Positions 10,001-16,622 of a DNA stretch of 37,683 nt are shown here, piece after piece (position 1 is the first letter of the stretch; the number at the start of each line of letters is the position of its first letter). The stretch comes from Candidatus Acetothermia bacterium (GTDB lineage Bacteria > Bipolaricaulota > Bipolaricaulia > RBG-16-55-9 > DRXL01), in the NCBI GenBank assembly GCA_028275205.1, contig JAPWVB010000002.1, forward strand, positions 1 to 37,683, read 5' to 3'. Position numbers and translations under genes: made by a program. Under the pieces are notes generated by a model, which worked only from the letters and a program-made list of their open reading frames with translations, had not been told where the DNA came from and searched no databases.

Positions 10001-10314
10001 ATCAAGACCACGGGGAGCATCAATCTGCGCAAGGAGAATCCTGCCGCCTGCAGGGCGATCAATTCCCGATCGTGGCTCAATCTTCCCAATGCCCAGAAGA
10101 TCGCAAACAGCACTCCCACCGGCAGCCCGTAGACTAAGAGCTCTGGCAACCGATACCCTAGCATCTGAAAGATCGTCGCGATAGAGATATTGCGGTCGAG
10201 CATGAAGTCCGAGAGCTGCGGAATCAGATTGAGCACGATGAAGAGCACAAAGCCCACGACAGCCAGCACGAACGGGAAGAGCATCTCTCGAATGAGATAC
10301 CGATCGACCAACAT
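7054..10314 (-). CDS. In-frame fusion of an LptF/LptG-family LPS-export permease (aa 1-~365, nt 9220-10314) with an LptD/OstA-type outer-membrane LPS-assembly protein (aa ~398-1086, nt 7054-9123)
   Basis: The N-terminus (MLVDRYLIREMLFPFVLAVVGFVLFIVLN) and the layout of 3 TM + ~150-aa periplasmic insert + 3 TM fit YjgP/YjgQ (LptF/G). Next comes RLRRLVPFALIIALGSANGWA|QE, which looks like a signal peptide. After that are OstA-like beta repeats (LTVTHDWSEISAEGHVELSYEKSHLTAHRVQA...). LptD barrel-type motifs follow (KTYGVPVFWAPVYFASL, NPLLPDFGQIPERGWYLRWRWPF) within a ~600-aa beta-rich region. There is no stop codon anywhere in the 3261 nt. Confidence 0.78.
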   Translation of the reverse strand: MLVDRYLIREMLFPFVLAVVGFVLFIVLNLIPQLSDFMLDRNISIATIFQMLGYRLPELLVYGLPVGVLFAIFWALGRLSHDRELIALQAAGFSLRRLMLPVVLMGLITTMAAFAVGELWMPWANHRYYDLLREIFFMRSVPQIRESTFIKLSETAYAYIERYDPATKKLVNVMIFDKGGGEYLAELEGRFPKIIVAAEGVWDGDYWRLTDGKLHKLTPDGRFEYTVTFEKLSLRAGPFLQRLFVEQRTPHEMSIAELFRQIEVLRRSGLGAESLIVEVHSKIAVPFSALIFALFGAPLSLIFAQGGAPRGRAAGVIISVLLVGCYQGLLLWLSTLGKRGVLDPVLAPWAPNLLFLVIGVVLLIWLDRLSRLDLFARLRRLVPFALIIALGSANGWAQELPPLALDLHADRLTVTHDWSEISAEGHVELSYEKSHLTAHRVQARRSSEQWQIVAEGEVVFEEEGLKAQAERLELRIRRDGASWQTDEALLERAQITYEQGTLTAAEIQMKPSWVAHVRDFLGETRFESAAKKQEILRFAGSAARATFSPEGHLKLLEITRGEVTTCSCGPISCSDYSLAAGTVRLEPNESIWATNITLKTYGVPVFWAPVYFASLKEETKNPLLPDFGQIPERGWYLRWRWPFVIDKDNTGTVLIDYYTKLPEVGMGIEYRYRFFSSQGQISVYRLVGRGESWATDWTHRATLPFSMTLSGTISWRTGVLQQEIQRLSSRIALSGGAHLVRWNVLWSRDQYLVLPEEREETVLYRFLEKAPEFSLSLVPLRIGSLPLSVLGTFSWGRYREKKLDQESLDESARWDALIGVQSLALGNELITVQGSASYRLSFYEPAQHRRDAYELTVGMSLRPLPGVSAEATYSYRRVFGQSPLSFDTLTLVHTLAARATWATVPFRPALSVRYDFIKRAFEPLQISLKETLLGLETRFDVEYDLNAYLLQRVGLTVSASLLNLQLSTGYKFAERQFEDTILKISWGAHRLGANFDLNRFALRRFNLETQWLWNEWELTFGGEYDLGAQRWTALQLGIVKQFCRGCWQLGLYSDSQRIWVQAQINAFPTARVRYSPTDSRLSFGSP

Positions 10315-10343
10315 GACAGCTTAGTTTAGCATATTCGGAGCTT

Positions 10344-10372
10344 TTGACAAGCCCCTGGGCAGTGGGTATGAT
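10344..10372 (+). promoter_or_regulatory. Sigma-70-type promoter candidate for phoH: TTGACA-17 nt-TATGAT
   Basis: TTGACA lies at 10344-10349, followed by a 17-nt spacer and TATGAT at 10367-10372. GGAGGAG (10381-10387) and GTG 10392 follow downstream. Confidence 0.45.
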
Positions 10373-10391
10373 ACTTTATGGAGGAGAATCG

Positions 10392-11354
10392 GTGGTAGAG
10401 CGAAGTACTCACCAAGAGATCCCGCTGGGGGAAGAAGCCACAGCTGTCTTGGGGCAATTCGATCGCAATCTTGCAGTCATCCGAGAGCTTTTTACTGAGG
10501 TGCGCCTCGCCCACCGTGGGGGCACGGTGCGGATCGAAGGCCCCCAGGAGGAAGTTGAGCGCGTCTCTAGCCTCTTCCAAAAGCTCTTGGAAGTCGTGCA
10601 CAGCGGCCACGTCCCCACCCCTGACGAAGTGCGGTATCTCTCGGAGCAGATCAAAGAATCAGAGAGCATAGAGGGGGTGCTCTCTGAGCCCATTCAGACG
10701 ACCCACTGGGGGGAGCAGATCCGCCCCAAGACCATCGGGCAGGCCAAGTACGTCCAAGCGATCCGCGAGAACGATATCGTCTTTGGGATCGGGCCGTCAG
10801 GGACGGGCAAGACGTACCTGGCCGTCGCCGTAGCGATAGACTATCTGAAGCGCGGGTTATGCCATCGCTTGATCTTGACGCGCCCAGCCGTCGAAGCTGG
10901 GGAGGAGCTGGGCTTTCTGCCCGGAGATATCGAAGCCAAAGTCAGCCCCTATCTGCGGCCGCTCTATGACGCGATCTTCGATATGATCCCCTACGAAGAA
11001 GTCAAGCGCTTGATGGAGAACGGGCGGATCGAGATCGCGCCGCTGGCCTTCATGCGCGGGCGCACCCTCAACAATTCGTTCATCATTCTCGATGAAGCTC
11101 AAAACACGACAGCCACCCAGATGAAGATGTTCCTCACGCGCTTGGGGTTCAAATCCAAAGCCGTGATCACCGGGGATATTACCCAGATTGACCTACAGAA
11201 GGGCAAGTCTGGGCTAAAGGACGTGCAGAATATCTTGAAGAATATCGAGGGCATCGCGTTTGTCTATCTGGACAAGCGCGACGTCGTTCGGCATCCGTTG
11301 GTGAAGAAGATTATTGAAGCGTATGAGAAGAGCGAAGGCAAGACCAAGACGTAG
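10392..11354 (+). CDS. phoH: PhoH-family ATPase (PhoH/YbeZ)
   Basis: Walker A is GPSGTGKTYLAVAVA, Walker B is FIILDEAQN, and ITGDITQIDL is present. I chose the start at GTG 10392, 5 nt after GGAGGAG. The ORF-track start at 10344 is the TTG of the putative -35 box. Confidence 0.9.
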   Translation: MVERSTHQEIPLGEEATAVLGQFDRNLAVIRELFTEVRLAHRGGTVRIEGPQEEVERVSSLFQKLLEVVHSGHVPTPDEVRYLSEQIKESESIEGVLSEPIQTTHWGEQIRPKTIGQAKYVQAIRENDIVFGIGPSGTGKTYLAVAVAIDYLKRGLCHRLILTRPAVEAGEELGFLPGDIEAKVSPYLRPLYDAIFDMIPYEEVKRLMENGRIEIAPLAFMRGRTLNNSFIILDEAQNTTATQMKMFLTRLGFKSKAVITGDITQIDLQKGKSGLKDVQNILKNIEGIAFVYLDKRDVVRHPLVKKIIEAYEKSEGKTKT

Positions 11355-12732
11355 TGCGGAGCTCGCCGTTCTCAGTGCAGATTTTGGAGCCGTTGATCTG
11401 AAGACTGTTCAATTTATCTCTGTCCTTGCTCTCTTGTGGGCAGCGTTGACGGCCTTGGGGGCGTTCCGGCTGGCGCCCACGCTAGAGATTCACGTTCTGC
11501 CCTGGACGCAGATCCTCGCGCAAGGGGTGCTCTTGGGGCTGGCGCAAGGGGCTTTTGGGGTTGTAGCTCAGCGCCTGGGGGTGTCCCTGCGGCTGATGGC
11601 GTTCACGGCGGGCTTGATCTTCTCTGTCGCGCTCATGGCTCAGCTTGTCCATCCGTGGGTGCCCTATCTTGCTCCGGCTCCCTTGGCCGCGGCGCTGGTG
11701 GCGCTCTTTGTGGGGCGGGCTATGGGGGTGGCGACGAATCTGCTTGTGGCTTTTGTGGTGGAGCTTTTGGGGCCGCCGCTGGCGGGGCTGATCGCCTTTG
11801 CCGGGGGTTTGGTGGCGATCTTCTGTGTGGCTCGGTTCAGCAAGCTCTCGGATTTAGCGATAGGCGGCCTGGAGATCGCGCTGGCCAATGTGCTCGTCTA
11901 CGGGAGCGGCACGCTGATGTGGGGGGGCTTCCGCCCCGATGCGCTCGTGTGGGCAGCGGCCAGCGGCCCGCTGACGACTCTCTTAATGATGGGCTTGCTG
12001 CCGCTCGCCGAGCAGATCACCCAGAAGACAAGCCCCCTGGGGCTGATGGAGCTGCTCAACCCGTTGCATCCGTTATTAGATTTGCTCCGCGAGAAAGCCC
12101 CCGGCACGTACCATCATAGCTTCACGGTAGCTGACCTCAGCGAAGCGGCCGCTGAAGCTATCGGGGCTGATCCGCTCCTTGCGAAAGTCGGTGGGTACTA
12201 TCACGACATCGGCAAGATCGTCCGCCCAGAGTTCTTCTTAGAGAACCAACAGAACGGGCTCAACCCCCATGATAAGCTCGCTCCAAGCCTCAGCAAGACG
12301 ATCATTACGGCGCACATTCGTGACGGGATCGAGCTGGGGCGCCGCTACGGGCTGAAAGAAGACGTTTTACAATTCATCCCGCAGCACCACGGGACTTCAG
12401 TGATTCGCTATTTTTATCTAAAAGCTCTGCGGGAGGGCCAGAGCGAGTGCTCCATAGATGACTTTCGCTATGATGCGGAGCTGCCCAAGACGAAAGAGAC
12501 AGCGATCGTGATGCTTGCTGACGGGATCGAAGCGGCGTCGCGGTCTATCGAGAACGGGTCGCGGATCGAGACGCTCGTCGAGGAGGCGATCCGCGAGCGC
12601 ATCGAAGACGGGCAGCTTCGTGAGGCGCCGCTGACGTTAGCAGAGCTTGAGAAGATCAAGAAGGCGTTCATCGCGACGCTCTATGCGATGAAACACGGCC
12701 GGCCCGTGCACATCCCTAAGATCGTAAAGTAG
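11323..12732 (+). CDS. 7TM-HD membrane phosphohydrolase (PgpH/YqfF-like), compact form
   Basis: About 7-8 hydrophobic helices are followed by an HD domain (YHHSFTVADLSEAAA ... GGYYHDIGK ... HHGTS). It sits right after phoH, which is the conserved phoH-yqfF synteny. The start is uncertain (TTG 11314 or ATG 11323); both overlap the phoH 3' end. Confidence 0.8.
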   Translation: MRRAKARPRRSAELAVLSADFGAVDLKTVQFISVLALLWAALTALGAFRLAPTLEIHVLPWTQILAQGVLLGLAQGAFGVVAQRLGVSLRLMAFTAGLIFSVALMAQLVHPWVPYLAPAPLAAALVALFVGRAMGVATNLLVAFVVELLGPPLAGLIAFAGGLVAIFCVARFSKLSDLAIGGLEIALANVLVYGSGTLMWGGFRPDALVWAAASGPLTTLLMMGLLPLAEQITQKTSPLGLMELLNPLHPLLDLLREKAPGTYHHSFTVADLSEAAAEAIGADPLLAKVGGYYHDIGKIVRPEFFLENQQNGLNPHDKLAPSLSKTIITAHIRDGIELGRRYGLKEDVLQFIPQHHGTSVIRYFYLKALREGQSECSIDDFRYDAELPKTKETAIVMLADGIEAASRSIENGSRIETLVEEAIRERIEDGQLREAPLTLAELEKIKKAFIATLYAMKHGRPVHIPKIVK

Positions 12733-12741
12733 GAGCCAGAT

Positions 12742-14259
12742 TTAGGGCAAGCAGACCTGCCCATCGGGCACAGCTGGGCTATTCCAAGGGTGACTCCCCG
12801 GATTGCCCATGCCCTTCTGGTTCCCCCAGCGATTGTTGCCCTCAATGATATTCGTGCCCTCGAAAGTCACCGTCCCCGTGAAAGCGTCGGATGGGAAGCC
12901 GCATTGCGTGAGTGCAGCGGCGATCCCCCAATCCCAGTTCTCTCTTATGACTGAGTCAGTCAGCTTCAATTGGGCTTGGCCGGAGAGCGCAATCCCGTTG
13001 CAAATCACCCATCCCATCGAGCACTCTGGGAAAGTGCCATTGCCAATGATAGAGCTGCTTTGCACCTCGAAGACAGCAGGACCAAATATCGCAAGCCCGT
13101 CGAAGCCATTATCGAAAATCTTGACATTGCTGAGCTGCCCCTGGCCAGCGATGAGCAGAGCGCTTCCTCGCCCTTCGGTCGTGATCGCTAGATTCTCTAG
13201 CTGTATCCCAGAGATTCCAGCGATCATAGAGCCTACAAGCCCGCGCCCAGTCAGAGCTTTCAAGAGCGTCTGCTCCGGCCCGGCCCCACGGAGCGTCACA
13301 GGCTTCCACAGCGTCAATCCCACTTCATAGATGCCCGGAGCTATCGTGATCATGCCCCCAGGGGCAATCGCATCTATAGCTTCTTGAAGATTCGCATAGT
13401 CACCAGGAACAGTGAGTTCAGTCTTCTCAGTCTGCGGGGCCAAAGGCTTCCGCAGCGAGGCAGGAGCAAAGCCGCACAGATCAGCCCCGTTACTTTGGAA
13501 CTCTTGAGGAGGCCCGAGCACCTGGGCCTCCGCCGTCGCCACTGTTAAGCCGCACCAACTGTTGTTCACAAAGCGACTCTCAGAGATGGTCACGCGGGCG
13601 GAGCCGGCTACAGTTAGCCCCCGACCGTTATCGCTCACCGTAGTAGCCACAAGCGTCATGCGAGCAGAATGCCCCACGAAGATCCCGTCAGCGTACCCAG
13701 TCTCCCTAATCAAGGAATTTCTGATCGTCACCTCAGCGGAGTTCAACACCAACAGCCCTCTCCACGTGTTCCAGTGAATGTCCACGTTGTCAAGCTGGAG
13801 CTGGGCCATATCCGTGACGACGATGCCATGACTGTTGCGGCGGATTTCCATGTTGCGGATTGCGACCTTGGCTTGGCCCTGAACGTAGACCCCAGAAAGC
13901 TCAGGCAGAAATTCGCTCCCGGGCATCCACGACTCCGTGAAATCCTCAAGGACGACTTCGATTGGTTTATCGCCCTTGATATGGATAATTGGCTTATCGC
14001 CGATTTCCTTGCCTGTCAGGAACGTCTTGTCTCTTCCGGCACCACGCAGCGTCAGGCTCTTTGTGATCGTCAGATGCTCCGTATACGGGAAGTTGTTCGC
14101 GCTCATGCAGATGACTGCGCCTTCAGGGGCACTGTCAATAGCTGCCTGAATGGACTGCTCCGGCTGTACTGTGAGGGTGCACGTGGGTTGCTCTTGTTCG
14201 CTGGCCTGGGTGAGTGCCACCAAAGCCGAAAGTATAGCGACACAAAACCACTTTGACAT
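12742..14259 (-). CDS. Secreted right-handed parallel beta-helix (NosD/CASH/pectate-lyase-fold) repeat protein with an internal two-module duplication
   Basis: Signal peptide MSKWFCVAILSALVALTQA, with a GAGGAGG RBS. The module header occurs twice: IQAAIDSAPEGAVI...LTITKSLTLRGAGRDKTFL and LQEAIDAIAPGGMITIAPGIYEVGLTLWKPVTLRGAGPEQTLL. Each is followed by short I/V-x-N/G-rich repeats typical of beta-helix coils. Confidence 0.7.
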   Translation of the reverse strand: MSKWFCVAILSALVALTQASEQEQPTCTLTVQPEQSIQAAIDSAPEGAVICMSANNFPYTEHLTITKSLTLRGAGRDKTFLTGKEIGDKPIIHIKGDKPIEVVLEDFTESWMPGSEFLPELSGVYVQGQAKVAIRNMEIRRNSHGIVVTDMAQLQLDNVDIHWNTWRGLLVLNSAEVTIRNSLIRETGYADGIFVGHSARMTLVATTVSDNGRGLTVAGSARVTISESRFVNNSWCGLTVATAEAQVLGPPQEFQSNGADLCGFAPASLRKPLAPQTEKTELTVPGDYANLQEAIDAIAPGGMITIAPGIYEVGLTLWKPVTLRGAGPEQTLLKALTGRGLVGSMIAGISGIQLENLAITTEGRGSALLIAGQGQLSNVKIFDNGFDGLAIFGPAVFEVQSSSIIGNGTFPECSMGWVICNGIALSGQAQLKLTDSVIRENWDWGIAAALTQCGFPSDAFTGTVTFEGTNIIEGNNRWGNQKGMGNPGSHPWNSPAVPDGQVCLP

Positions 14260-14313
14260 AGGCTGCCTCCTCTTTTCACATTATAAACCCATCCAGCAGA
14301 GTTTGTAGAGAGT

Positions 14314-14343
14314 TTGACTTCCCTTCCCCCGATCTGTCATAAT
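14314..14343 (+). promoter_or_regulatory. Sigma-70-type promoter candidate: TTGACT-18 nt-CATAAT, upstream of the small ORF and ligA
   Basis: TTGACT lies at 14314-14319 and CATAAT at 14338-14343. The predicted TSS (~14350-14351) coincides with the second in-frame ATG (14351) of the small ORF. Confidence 0.35.
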
Positions 14344-14494
14344 GCCAAGCATGACGCTGACAGATCTGGTCACCAGCTTCGCCTGGGTCGTGCTGGCGGT
14401 CTCGGCGCTGCTCGTCGCCGTCGGGGCGCTGATTGTCTTTACAAAGCTCGCTAGGCTCATTGACCGACTGGAAGACCGCCTCAAGAAGCGCTAG
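14342..14494 (+). CDS. Small single-pass membrane protein (50 aa, or 47 aa from ATG 14351); not in the supplied ORF track because it is under 60 aa
   Basis: My own translation is MPSMTLTDLVTSFAWVVLAVSALLVAVGALIVFTKLARLIDRLEDRLKKR*. It has one clear TM helix followed by an amphipathic basic tail. The TAG stop (14492-14494) lies 3-9 nt before the ligA start, on the same strand. Confidence 0.4.
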   Translation: MPSMTLTDLVTSFAWVVLAVSALLVAVGALIVFTKLARLIDRLEDRLKKR

Positions 14495-16528
<2,034 letters not shown>

Positions 16529-16536
16529 CCCCCCGA

Positions 16537-16561
16537 CCCCCTTCCCTACAAGGGAAGGGGG
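16537..16561. terminator. Perfect 11-bp GC-rich hairpin (cccccttccct-aca-agggaaggggg) in the ligA/protease convergent gap
   Basis: Read directly: arms at 16537-16547 and 16551-16561, with a 3-nt loop. It begins 9 nt after the ligA stop. No clean U-tract follows, so its function as a terminator is uncertain. Confidence 0.4.
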
Positions 16562-16571
16562 AGCTCCTCTT

Positions 16572-16617
16572 ACCTCTCCCTGACCCCCTCCGTTTACGGA
16601 GAGGGAAGGGGAGAGGT
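16572..16617. repeat. Nested palindromic (REP-like) element, copy A
   Basis: The sequence is acctctccc-tga-cccctccg-ttta-cggagaggg-aag-gggagaggt. It has an outer 9-bp stem, a 3x3 internal loop, an inner ~8-9-bp stem (one bulge) and a 4-nt loop. Copy B at 30869-30912 has the same architecture. Confidence 0.5.
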
Positions 16618-16622
16618 CAGTC

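Noticed and set aside
7048-10137. Plus-strand ORFs (215, 164, 112, 105 aa and others) opposite the lptF/G::lptD fusion
   Set aside because: They are antisense to a gene with clear family motifs along its whole length. They have no motifs, no RBS and a skewed Arg/Pro/Ser composition.
11140-11170. A tRNA T-loop-like string, ggggttcaaatcc
   Set aside because: It lies inside the phoH coding frame (LTRLGFKSKAV). The flanks do not form a T-stem, an acceptor stem or an anticodon arm.
11436-12119. A 227-aa Gly/Ala/Arg-rich ORF in an alternative plus frame
   Set aside because: It overlaps the TM region of the 7TM-HD gene in a different frame. The composition (poly-G/A/R) is what GC-rich hydrophobic-helix codons give when frame-shifted.
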